From an uncultured Gemmatimonadota bacterium (GTDB taxonomy: Bacteria; JAAXHH01), in contig OX638340.1 in the NCBI GenBank assembly GCA_951812955.1, positions 2,272,001-2,336,000 on the forward strand: a DNA stretch of 64,000 nucleotides. Direction: 5' to 3'. Numbering within the stretch: position 1 is the stretch's first letter; every line of letters starts with the position of its first letter. Shown piece after piece: positions 37,170 to 46,539 of this stretch. A program made the translations under genes and the position numbers. A model generated the notes under the pieces. It ran no database searches. It was not told the DNA's origin and worked only from the letters and a program-made list of their open reading frames with translations.

Positions 37170-39541
37170 CTACTCGCTCCGCAGGGTGTCCGCCGGGTTG
37201 AGCATAGCGCTTCGGAAAGTATGCACGCTCACGGTGAGCAGGGCGGTGGCCAGGACAACTAGTCCCGCCGCGACGAAAGGCGCAGCACCGATCTCCGTCC
37301 GGTAGGCGAAGTCCGCCAGCCACTCGTTCATGAGCCACCAGGCGGCCGGCCAGGCCAGGACGTTGCCGATCACCACGAGGACGACGAACTGCCTCGACAG
37401 CAGGCCGACTATATCTGAGACCGCGGCGCCCATCACCTTGCGGATGCCGACTTCCCGCGTGCGGCGCGCGATGTCCAGCGACACGAGTCCATATACGCCG
37501 AGGCAGGCGATCAGCAGGGCGAATACCGCGGAATAGGTGAAAATCAGCGCCAGGTTGTTCTCATCCTGGTAGAACCGTTCTATATCGTCTTCCATGAAGA
37601 AATACTCGTAGGGCGTCTCAGGCGCTGTCCCCTTCCACGCGTCCTCGAGCAGGGAAAGCGTGGTTGGCAGATCCCTGCCGCTGACCCGGACCAGGAGGAA
37701 GCCGTAACTGACCGAAGTGTTACCCATGGATGTGGGATTGAGGGAGAGTATAATCGGATCGATCTCCTGGTGCAGCGACTGGAAATGGAAGTCCTTGACT
37801 ACGCCGATTACCGTATACCCATGGGGCAGTTTGCGCCCGATCGGATCTTCCCATTCCAGCTTCTTTGCCGCGGCCTCGTTGATGATGCACGATTGGAACT
37901 CGTCGTTTACGAATTCGCTGGAAAAATCACGGCCACGGACGAGGTTCAGTTCAAGCGTCTCCAGGTAATCGCGGTCCACGGTCGCCATGAACGCTTCCAG
38001 CTTGTTTCCGTCCGGTCGGTGTAGGCAACCTGGGGCAAGAAATGCCCCTGACCAAAGGTGCTGGAAGTGCCGGAAACCAGGAGTATGTCTTCGTACGGTA
38101 TCACTTTGCTGCGAAAGATCTCCAGGTCGTTTGAATTGAAGGGGGCCTGGATGACTACCACGTTGTGCGGGTTGAACCCCAAATCCCCCGTCCGCACAAA
38201 GTCCAGCTGCCGGGTCATGATGAGAATTGAAATGACGAGCAACGCGGACAACCCGAACTGCACGACCATCAAGCCGCGCACGAAGAGATTCGGCCCTCCG
38301 ATCTGAACCTGTTGCCGGAAGATGGTGACGGGGTTGTAGTGTGAGAGCACCAGGGAAGGATAACTGCCGGAAACCAGGGCGACCAGCACGGTCAAACCCG
38401 TCAGCGCGGCCAGCGTGGATCCGTTCGTCAGGTAGTCCAGCACGAGGGACTTTCCCGCCAGCATATTGAAAACCGGAAGGAACAGGTGGGCCAGGGCCAC
38501 GCTCAGCACCAGGGCGAAGCAGCACAGCGCCGCGGTTTCGCCCAAGTGCTGTCCCATGATCTGGGTTCGGCGCGCGCCGTAAACTTTCCTGACACCGACC
38601 TCTTTCACACGCGAAGACGAACGGCAGACGGCCAGGTTCATGAAGTTGACGCAGGCGATGAATAGTACGAGCAGCGCCGTGCAAATCAGGATGTAGGACC
38701 GGTTGGGATCGCTGGTGGGACCCAGCCCGAATTTGACTTCCTGATCCAGGTAGATATCGGTGATGGGTTGCAGGATCAGATAGGGCGACGAGTAGGCCGG
38801 GAAATGGGTTTCGACGAATTCCGGCAGTTGACTGAGGAGCGATTCTACTCGATCCGGATCCCCGAGTTCGATGAAAGTGGCCGTGGACGAATAGTTCCAC
38901 TTTCCGATGGCATTCGATATCCAGGGGTTTATTTCCGGCGCCTTGTCAAAGGGTATGAGCAGGTCGAACCGAATACTGGAGTTATCCGGTCCGTTCTCCG
39001 CGACGCCGGTTACGGTCAGCGGAATGCCCTGTACCAGGAGCGTCCTGCCCGTCGGAGACTCCTGGCCGAAGTACTTCGCCGCGGCGGATTTGCTGACGAC
39101 CACTGAATTCGCCTCGCCGAGGGCCGTACCGGGATCGCCTTCGATCATCGTGAAGGAGAACATCTCGAAGAAGGACGGATCGCAGAAAAGGGCGTTCTCC
39201 TTGCGGAACGTATCTTCTCCGATGCGAATATCGGATGGATATTCCGTTATGCGCACGGTCCGGACCACGTCGGGATATTGCTGCTCCAGGGTAGCCGCGA
39301 GCGGGAGGGGAGTTCTCGCGCTTATGAACGGGTTGTCGTCGAAATCCACTCCACCGGCTGCGACCTGGTAGATCCGGTCCGATTTCTCGTGGAAGGCGTC
39401 GTAGGTCCACTCGTGGCGGACGAAGAGAAAGATCAGGAGGCAGCACGCGATACCGGTCGACAGGCCAAAAGTATTGATGAAGAAATAACCCTTGTTGGCG
39501 AACAGGTACCGCAACGCGATGACGAGGTTGTTTTTCACCAT
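37170..39541 (-). pseudogene. FtsX/MacB-type permease paralog (FtsX-3) disrupted by a single-nucleotide deletion near 38012.
   Basis: The N-terminal 531-aa ORF (37946..39541) and the C-terminal ORF (37170..38900) overlap in different frames. Restoring one G in cgggac (expected AYTDRDGNKLEA, as in FtsX-2 AYTDKDGNKLEA) gives a continuous roughly 790-aa protein. This could be a real pseudogene or a homopolymer sequencing error. Confidence 0.7.
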
Positions 39542-39708
39542 GATCGTATTGCCTCCTGTCGCTTACGCATGCAAGCAGGAAAACGCACCTGGGGAAAGAC
39601 GATCCTGCAATGGCAAAGGGGATCTACGGTTTCGACCCGTCGATCCCCTTAAAGGTTGCATGTTGGTAACTATTGCGATTGGGAACTTACGTTGTGCATT
39701 CCTGACTG

Positions 39709-41772
39709 TCAGGGGATGACAAACGTATTCTCACTACGGCGAAAACTCCTATCATCGTCAAGCGAAATATCACCAACCAGTCTATACTCACCGGCGACTT
39801 CCGGATTGTATGGGCAAGCGTCGAATTCCACCCGTGTGTCCTCGATGTCTTCCCATGTACTGCCCATATCGTCGCTTCGCTGCCATACGGAGTAATGGAC
39901 CGTAATGGTGACACCTAACGGAGTTGGGCGGTTGTTTAGTTCTCCACCTAAGAGTGAACTTGCGCAGTTTACTATAGGTATTGTAGCAAGTCCTGGGACC
40001 GTAAAAACCAACCGACCGGGCTCGACCCGCACACCTTCCCACGGGACGTAGGTGACTTCATCCACCGTAATGGTCACCGTGATGCTCACCATGGCCGACA
40101 CGTCGCCGGACGCGGCCGTAACTTCGGTCATGCCGTTGCCCACAGCTTCTACCAACCCATCCTCGTCCACGGTGACCACGTTCTCGTCACCGCTCGTCCA
40201 CGTGACGGCCGGTTCGGCAATGGCATTGTCGTTCCCGTCGCTGACGGAAACCATGAGTTGCAGGGTCTGTTCGATCTCGGTCAGCGTGGTGGCATCGGGT
40301 GCGACCTCGATGCTGATGCCGGCCGGAACCTGGGCGACGGTGATCGACGCAGTCCCCATAGCGCCTCCGGCCTGGGCCGTGATCTCCGCCATGCCGTTGT
40401 CCACCGCGGTGACCACGCCGTTCTCGTCCACGGTGGCCACGGCGTCGTCGCCGCTCGACCAGGTCACCATCACGTCCTCCATCGCGTTTTCGTGCTGGTC
40501 CAGTACGACGGCCGCGAGTTCCACGGTGTCGCCGATCGCTCCCAGCGTGTGCGCGGCTGGCTCGATCGTGATGCTCGTTGCCACGGGCTCGGATATCACC
40601 ATGACCGTGATACTCACCATGGCCGATACGTCGCCGGATGCGGCCGTAACTGCGGCCATGCCGTTCCCCACCGCTTCTACCAAACCATCCTCGTCCACGG
40701 TGGCCACGTTTTCGTCACCGCTCGTCCACGTGACGGCCGGTTCGGCAATGGCATTGTCGTTCCCGTCGCTGACGGAAACCATGAGTTGCAGGGTCTGTTC
40801 GATCTCGGTCAGCGTGGTGGCATCGGGTGCGACCTCGATGCTGATGCCGGCCGGAACCTGGGCGACGGTGATCGACGCAGTCCCCATAGCGTCTCCGGCC
40901 TGTGCCGTGATCTCCGCCATGCCGTTGTCCACCGCGGTCACAAGCCCGTTCTCGTCCACGGTGGCCACGGCGTCATCGGCGCTTGACCAGGTCACCATCA
41001 CGTCCTCCATCGCGTTTTCGTGCTGGTCCAGCACGACGGCCGCGAGTTCCACGGTGTCGCCGATCGCTTCCAGCGTGTGCGCAGCGGGCTCGATCGTCAG
41101 GCTCGTCGGCACGGATACGGATACCGTGATGGACGCACTGGCGGACAGGCTGCCGGATGTGGCCGTGATCTCAGCCATCCCGTTACTCACCGCCGTTACA
41201 AGGCCCGCCCCGCTCACGGTCGCCACGGCGTCGTCGCCGCTCGACCAGGTGATGGACTGGCCGGACATGATGTTGTTCCGCTGATCCCGCACCGTAGCCG
41301 ACAACTGTACCGTTTCCCCGATCGCCTTCAGCGTATGGGACGTCGGTGCGACCGTGATCCGGGTCGGCACCGGCTCGGCCACCGTGATGTTCGCAGTGCC
41401 CGTCGCGTTGCCGGACTGCGCCCTTATTTGCGCGGCGCCGTTGGCCACGGCCGTCACCAGGCCATTTCCGCTGACAGTCGCCACCGCGGTATTGCTGCTC
41501 GACCAAGTCACCGCCTGGCCGGTCATCGGATTGTTGTTCTGGTCCCTCACCATGGCCATCAGTTGCACGGTCGCGCCAATCGTCGCCAGCGTGTGCGAAG
41601 ACGGCGTGACAGAAATGCTCGTCGCAACGGGCGCAGGCGGTGGAGCAGGCGGGGTCGGTGTGGACGGCTCGGGACTCGTCGGGCTGCTGTCCCCGCCACC
41701 GCATCCCGCCAGAAAAACCAGGTACAAGGATGCCGTGATCTTGGCGAACACGCGACTGTATGGACCAAACAC
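39709..41772 (-). CDS. Surface lipoprotein with six Big_2 domains and a diverged copy of the same C-terminal domain (Big2-2).
   Basis: The first roughly 410 aa are identical to Big2-1. Two extra Big_2 domains from an internal tandem duplication (about 40060-40600 versus 40600-41160) follow. The C-terminal domain is about 75% identical to that of Big2-1. Confidence 0.8.
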   Translation of the reverse strand: MFGPYSRVFAKITASLYLVFLAGCGGGDSSPTSPEPSTPTPPAPPPAPVATSISVTPSSHTLATIGATVQLMAMVRDQNNNPMTGQAVTWSSSNTAVATVSGNGLVTAVANGAAQIRAQSGNATGTANITVAEPVPTRITVAPTSHTLKAIGETVQLSATVRDQRNNIMSGQSITWSSGDDAVATVSGAGLVTAVSNGMAEITATSGSLSASASITVSVSVPTSLTIEPAAHTLEAIGDTVELAAVVLDQHENAMEDVMVTWSSADDAVATVDENGLVTAVDNGMAEITAQAGDAMGTASITVAQVPAGISIEVAPDATTLTEIEQTLQLMVSVSDGNDNAIAEPAVTWTSGDENVATVDEDGLVEAVGNGMAAVTAASGDVSAMVSITVMVISEPVATSITIEPAAHTLGAIGDTVELAAVVLDQHENAMEDVMVTWSSGDDAVATVDENGVVTAVDNGMAEITAQAGGAMGTASITVAQVPAGISIEVAPDATTLTEIEQTLQLMVSVSDGNDNAIAEPAVTWTSGDENVVTVDEDGLVEAVGNGMTEVTAASGDVSAMVSITVTITVDEVTYVPWEGVRVEPGRLVFTVPGLATIPIVNCASSLLGGELNNRPTPLGVTITVHYSVWQRSDDMGSTWEDIEDTRVEFDACPYNPEVAGEYRLVGDISLDDDRSFRRSENTFVIP

Positions 41773-41854
41773 TGCTGTCTCCTTTCGGCTAATTACTGAA
41801 AAGCGGTTCGTTGTAATCTACCGTTCTTGATCTCGATGAACAGATTATCTGACT

Positions 41855-43144
41855 TCATGCACGCAGGCCCTTCATACTCTCCCGGGCCGCTTCGAGGGTC
41901 CGGTCGATGTCTTCTTCGGTATGGGCCAGGGACACAAACCCCGTTTCAAGGCGCGAAGGCGCCAGGTAGACGCCCCGGTCCAGCATATTCCAGAAGTATC
42001 GCCCGTACGTATCCGCGTCTGACGTGGAAGCTGCATCGAAATTGTTGACGGTCTGATCTGTGAAGAAGGTACACATCATGGAGCCCACACGGGTCAGGCA
42101 GGCCGGGACGCCGGCCGCTTCCGCCGCGGCGCGAAGGCCGTCGCCGAGGCGGGCGGCCAGGGATTCCAGCCGGTCGTAGACCCCGGGTTCCTGAAGCTGC
42201 CGCACCGTTTCATATCCAGCGGTCATGGCAAGCGGATTGCCGGACAGCGTGCCGGCCTGGTAAACCTCACCGGCGGGCGCCACGGTTTCCATGATTTCCC
42301 TGCGACCGCCATAGGCCCCCACGGGAAGTCCTCCCCCGATGATCTTGCCCAGGCAGGTCATGTCGGCCGAGATGCCGAATCGTTCCTGCGCTCCGCCGAA
42401 TGCGATCCTGAATCCCGTGATGACCTCGTCAAAAATCAGAATGATCCCCCGCTTCTCCGTCTCTTCCCGAATGGTTTCGAGAAAGCCTTCGGCCGGAGGG
42501 ATCATGCCCATGTTGCCGGCGACCGGCTCTACGATCACGCAGGCGACGTCGCCGCCCCGCTCCGCCAGGGTGCGCCGGACGGCCTCGACGTCGTTGTAGG
42601 GTAGATTGATGGTCATCTTCGCCAGGTCCGCAGGCACGCCGGGACTGTCGGGGATGCCGAATGTCGCGGCGCCGGAACCGGCCTGGATGAGAAAGCTGTC
42701 TCCGTGGCCGTGGTATCCCGCCTCGAATTTGACCGCCAGGTCGCGCCCCGTGTATCCGCGGGCGACGCGCAGGGCGCTCATGGTCGCTTCCGTGCCGGAG
42801 TTGACCATGCGTATCAGGTCGATGGACGGGAAGGCGGTCCTGACCAGTTCCGCCAGCCTGATCTCGGCTTCGGTGGGCGTGCCGAAACTCGTACCCCGTT
42901 CACAGGCCTTCTTCAGGGCCTCGACCACGGCGGGATGGCCGTGGCCCAGGATCAGCGGTCCCCAGGATCCCAGGTAATCGATGTACTCGTTGCCGTCCAC
43001 GTCGTAGACCCTGGAACCCGCGCCCCGGTCCATGAAGACGGGGCTTCCTCCAACCCGCCCGAAATTCCGCACGGGGCTGTTCACCCCGCCGGGCATGGAT
43101 CGCTGGGCCTGGTCGAAGAGGGTACTGGATCGGGAACGGTTCAT
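41855..43144 (-). CDS. hemL: Glutamate-1-semialdehyde 2,1-aminomutase.
   Basis: 429 aa. MNRSRSSTLFDQAQRSMPGGVNSPVR...GSWGPLILGH... is an aminotransferase class III protein with the typical HemL N-terminus. Confidence 0.9.
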   Translation of the reverse strand: MNRSRSSTLFDQAQRSMPGGVNSPVRNFGRVGGSPVFMDRGAGSRVYDVDGNEYIDYLGSWGPLILGHGHPAVVEALKKACERGTSFGTPTEAEIRLAELVRTAFPSIDLIRMVNSGTEATMSALRVARGYTGRDLAVKFEAGYHGHGDSFLIQAGSGAATFGIPDSPGVPADLAKMTINLPYNDVEAVRRTLAERGGDVACVIVEPVAGNMGMIPPAEGFLETIREETEKRGIILIFDEVITGFRIAFGGAQERFGISADMTCLGKIIGGGLPVGAYGGRREIMETVAPAGEVYQAGTLSGNPLAMTAGYETVRQLQEPGVYDRLESLAARLGDGLRAAAEAAGVPACLTRVGSMMCTFFTDQTVNNFDAASTSDADTYGRYFWNMLDRGVYLAPSRLETGFVSLAHTEEDIDRTLEAARESMKGLRA

Positions 43145-43159
43145 ACGATTTATTCCATT

Positions 43160-44128
43160 TCAGAGTCTTCGGGCGACATCCATCGCGAAATAAGTGAGGA
43201 TCATGTCGGCGCCGGCGCGTTTTATGGCGGTCAGCGACTCCAGGACGATCCGTTCTTCGTCGATCCAGCCTTTCTGTCCTGCCGCCTTGATCATGGCGTA
43301 TTCCCCGCTCACGTTGTAGGCGGCCACCGGCACTTCAAAGGCCGATTTGACTCGTTGTATCACGTCGAGATAGGCCAGGGCCGGCTTGACCATGACGATA
43401 TCGGCGCCTTCCTCAAGGTCGAGTTCTACTTCCCGCAGCGCTTCGGTGGCGTTCGCCGGGTCCATCTGGTAGGAACGGCGGTCGCCGAATTGCGGGACCG
43501 AGTCCGCGGCGTCGCGAAAGGGCCCGTAATACGCCGAAGCGTACTTGGCGGAATAGGCCAGGATCGGGACATGCCCGAGGTGTTCGCCGTCCAGACCCTC
43601 CCGGATCGCACGCACGCGGCCGTCCATCATGTCCGACGGCGCAACCAGGTCCGCGCCGGCGCGGGCCTGCGAGAGCGCGGTCCTGACGAGCAGGCGAAGC
43701 GTGGCATCGTTCTCCACGTCGCCGTCCCGGATCACGCCGCAGTGCCCGTGATCGGTGTACTCGCAGAGGCATACGTCGCCGATGACGGTCAGTTCCGGTA
43801 CCGCTTGCTTGATCGCGCCAATGGCCCGTTGCACGATGCCGTCGTCCGCATAGGCTCCGGAACCGTAGGCGTCCTTGCTCTCCGGGATGCCGAAGAGCAT
43901 GACGGCCGGGATACCCAGGTCCACGACTTCACGGCAGGCCTCCACGGCCTGGTCAACCGACTGCCGGTCCACGCCGGGCATCGAATCTACCGGGGAACGT
44001 ACGCCTTCGCCCGGGCAGATGAACATGGGATAGACCAGGTCGTCCACGGAGAGCCGGGTCTCGCCGATCATGGCGCGCAGGCTTCCGGTCCGCCGCAGGC
44101 GCCGTAGCCGATGTACGGGAAATGCCAT
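43160..44128 (-). CDS. hemB: Porphobilinogen synthase (delta-aminolevulinic acid dehydratase).
   Basis: 322 aa. [36 protein letters not shown]..., with the active-site Lys region (YNVSGEYAM). Confidence 0.9.
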   Translation of the reverse strand: MAFPVHRLRRLRRTGSLRAMIGETRLSVDDLVYPMFICPGEGVRSPVDSMPGVDRQSVDQAVEACREVVDLGIPAVMLFGIPESKDAYGSGAYADDGIVQRAIGAIKQAVPELTVIGDVCLCEYTDHGHCGVIRDGDVENDATLRLLVRTALSQARAGADLVAPSDMMDGRVRAIREGLDGEHLGHVPILAYSAKYASAYYGPFRDAADSVPQFGDRRSYQMDPANATEALREVELDLEEGADIVMVKPALAYLDVIQRVKSAFEVPVAAYNVSGEYAMIKAAGQKGWIDEERIVLESLTAIKRAGADMILTYFAMDVARRL

Positions 44129-44154
44129 GAGTTATCCTGCCCGCCGCCGGGACA

Positions 44155-44772
44155 TCAGTACCCCCCGCAGTTGGCGCAACCGCCGCTGTCAAATCCGTTC
44201 AAAGCACTGCAGCGTTCACACTGGAACAGGAGATGCCCGGCGTCTATGGACCGTGACGCCATCAAATTCAGCGCCGTCGCCCGGAGTTTCGAGGGCACGA
44301 TGATCCTCGCCGACTCGTCCGAACATGGACCGGTAAGCAGGCCGGAGTCCTGCTTGGTCGAGAACACCCGGCTGTCCACACCCTGCTGTGCGAGGAAACG
44401 CTGGTAGCTCAGCGCTTCACGGTCTTCGGCCCGATAGAGGATTTCCTCCTTCGGAAACTCTTCTACCAATCCATGTCTTTCACAGAAATACCGGCCATGA
44501 CGGCGTATCCCGCAGTCCTCGCACACGTGCCGTCCGCAGACGACGCACAGGCCGTGCGCAGGTCCGGCCGGATGGTTCAGGCATCGAAGATCGTCGATGA
44601 ATACTGTGCCGCAGACCGGGCAGGACCCCAGGTCGCCCGGGATCTCCTCCTTGCACTCGTCGCAAACCCACGTCGACACCTCATTCAGGGCGTTAACCAG
44701 GGTGGACGCGCAGATAGGGCATTTTTCCTCGCCGCGGGCGTATTCACATTCGCATTCCGGGCAGAAAGGCAT
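44155..44772 (-). CDS. Multi-zinc-ribbon (CxxC-rich) protein of unknown function, embedded in the heme operon.
   Basis: 205 aa with at least 8 CxxC pairs (MPFCPECECEY...CPICAS...CDECKEE...CPVCGT...CVVCGRHVCEDCG...CERCSA...CANCGGY). It lies 26 nt upstream of hemB and 195 nt downstream of cobA/hemD. Confidence 0.5.
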   Translation of the reverse strand: MPFCPECECEYARGEEKCPICASTLVNALNEVSTWVCDECKEEIPGDLGSCPVCGTVFIDDLRCLNHPAGPAHGLCVVCGRHVCEDCGIRRHGRYFCERHGLVEEFPKEEILYRAEDREALSYQRFLAQQGVDSRVFSTKQDSGLLTGPCSDESARIIVPSKLRATALNLMASRSIDAGHLLFQCERCSALNGFDSGGCANCGGY

Positions 44773-44967
44773 AGAAGTCCGCTCATATCAACAGGATGGT
44801 GCCATGACGGGCGCGGTGAAGCCACTGGCCCGATGCCGGAAAGTATACGAACCCGATGCCGGATAGTTTACTGGTCCAAAGTCGGCCGCGCGTCGTATTT
44901 CACACGGATATGTCCCTTATTCACGGACCCGACAAATATACACCGGGCCGCAAAGTCATGGCAATCG

Positions 44968-46539
44968 TTATTCCGTGTGCTGCTTTCCCGCGGCCAGCCG
45001 GTCGCGCACGATCGCGGCCACGAGCGCTGAGACGGTGGCCTGAGCGGGCACAATGTCCACGGACAGGCCTGCTTCCGCGGCGGTTTTGGCCGTGGCCGGA
45101 CCTATGCAGGCGATGCGGACGCCCCCGGCCAGCCGCTTAAGGCGATCCGGCCCCGCGGCCTTCGTAAACGCCGACACGGCCGACGAACTCGCGAATACGG
45201 CGAGATGGATCTTCCGGTCTTCCAGCATGGACGCGATGCCGTCCGGCAACCTCTCTTCCATGACCGTTCGATAGACCGTTATCCTCGTCACGGACGCACC
45301 GGCGCGGGCAAGTCCCTCCACGACGGCTGGCCCCGCGATATCCGCCGCGGGAAAGAGGATCCGTGCATCCAGCAGGTCGCGGTTTCCGGCCAGGGTTTCC
45401 ACCAGGTTTTCGGCCCGGAAGACATCGGGTTGGCAGTCCGCTTCAATCCCGCAGTTTCGCAGCGCGCCGGCCGTGGCCCGGCCTACCGCGGCGACGCGAA
45501 CTCCGCCCAGGGCCCTGGCGTCCAGGCCCTGTTCGACTAAACGCGAGAAAAACGCCTTCACGGCGTTACCGCTGGTGAAAACCACGTAATCGAATCCGGA
45601 AAGGTCGGACAGCGCGGCATCGGTTTCCGACCAGTCATCGGGCGCTTCGATCCGTATCAGCGGAGCTTCGACCGGCTCCGCGCCCTGCCGGACGAGAGAT
45701 TCCGACAGTTCGCCGGCCTGGTCGCGGGCGCGTGTTACCAGTGCTCGGACCCCGAAAAGCGGTTTCGATTCGAACCAATCGAGCTGCGAACGCAGCGAAA
45801 CGACTTCGCCCACGACGATCAGTACGGGCGGGGTGAAGGAAGCCGGACGGGACCTGGATACGATATCGTCCAAAGTGCCGACGAGGGTCCTTTGCTTCGG
45901 CGTCGTGCCCCACTGGATCAGCGCGATGGGCGTATCCTTCGGCCGCCCGTGTTCGATCAACCGTTCCACGATGAAGGGCAGGTTCCGCGCGCCCATGTAG
46001 AAGATCAGCGTGCCGATCCGTTTGGCGAAAGCCTCCCAGTCTAGATCCGTCCGGGACTTGTCCGGCGATTCGTGGCCGGTGACCACGGTCATCGTCGAGG
46101 TGATCTCACGATGGGTCACCGGTATGCCGGCGTAGGCCGGGACCGCGACGGCCGCCGTGACGCCGGGAACGACCTCGAATGGGATTCCGTGGCGTTGCAG
46201 GTGCAGTCCTTCTTCGCCTCCCCGGCCGAACACGAATGGGTCGCCGCCCTTCAACCGGACCACGGTCTTCCCGGCCTCGCTGTGACGCACCAGCAGGTTG
46301 TTGATCTCCTCCTGCCGTCCGGGACGCCAGGGAACGCGGATGCGCACGGCCTGTGAAGGCGCCTCCGCCACCAGCCGGTCATCGGCGAGGAAATCGGCAA
46401 CGACGACGTCGGCCCGGCGCACGCATTCCAGGCCCTTCACGGTAATCAGTCCGGGGTCGCCGGGACCCGCGCCCACCAGGTAAACGATTCCTGCGGACCG
46501 CGGGGTGGATACGCGCTTGGTCGGGGATTCGCCGTTCAT
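44968..46539 (-). CDS. cobA/hemD: Bifunctional uroporphyrinogen-III C-methyltransferase / uroporphyrinogen-III synthase (CobA-HemD fusion).
   Basis: The N-terminal half (IVYLVGAGPGDPGLITVKG...VVRLKGGDPFVFGRGGEE) is a SUMT. The C-terminal roughly 250 aa has the HemD fold. A 4-nt overlap with hemC follows. Confidence 0.85.
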   Translation of the reverse strand: MNGESPTKRVSTPRSAGIVYLVGAGPGDPGLITVKGLECVRRADVVVADFLADDRLVAEAPSQAVRIRVPWRPGRQEEINNLLVRHSEAGKTVVRLKGGDPFVFGRGGEEGLHLQRHGIPFEVVPGVTAAVAVPAYAGIPVTHREITSTMTVVTGHESPDKSRTDLDWEAFAKRIGTLIFYMGARNLPFIVERLIEHGRPKDTPIALIQWGTTPKQRTLVGTLDDIVSRSRPASFTPPVLIVVGEVVSLRSQLDWFESKPLFGVRALVTRARDQAGELSESLVRQGAEPVEAPLIRIEAPDDWSETDAALSDLSGFDYVVFTSGNAVKAFFSRLVEQGLDARALGGVRVAAVGRATAGALRNCGIEADCQPDVFRAENLVETLAGNRDLLDARILFPAADIAGPAVVEGLARAGASVTRITVYRTVMEERLPDGIASMLEDRKIHLAVFASSSAVSAFTKAAGPDRLKRLAGGVRIACIGPATAKTAAEAGLSVDIVPAQATVSALVAAIVRDRLAAGKQHTE

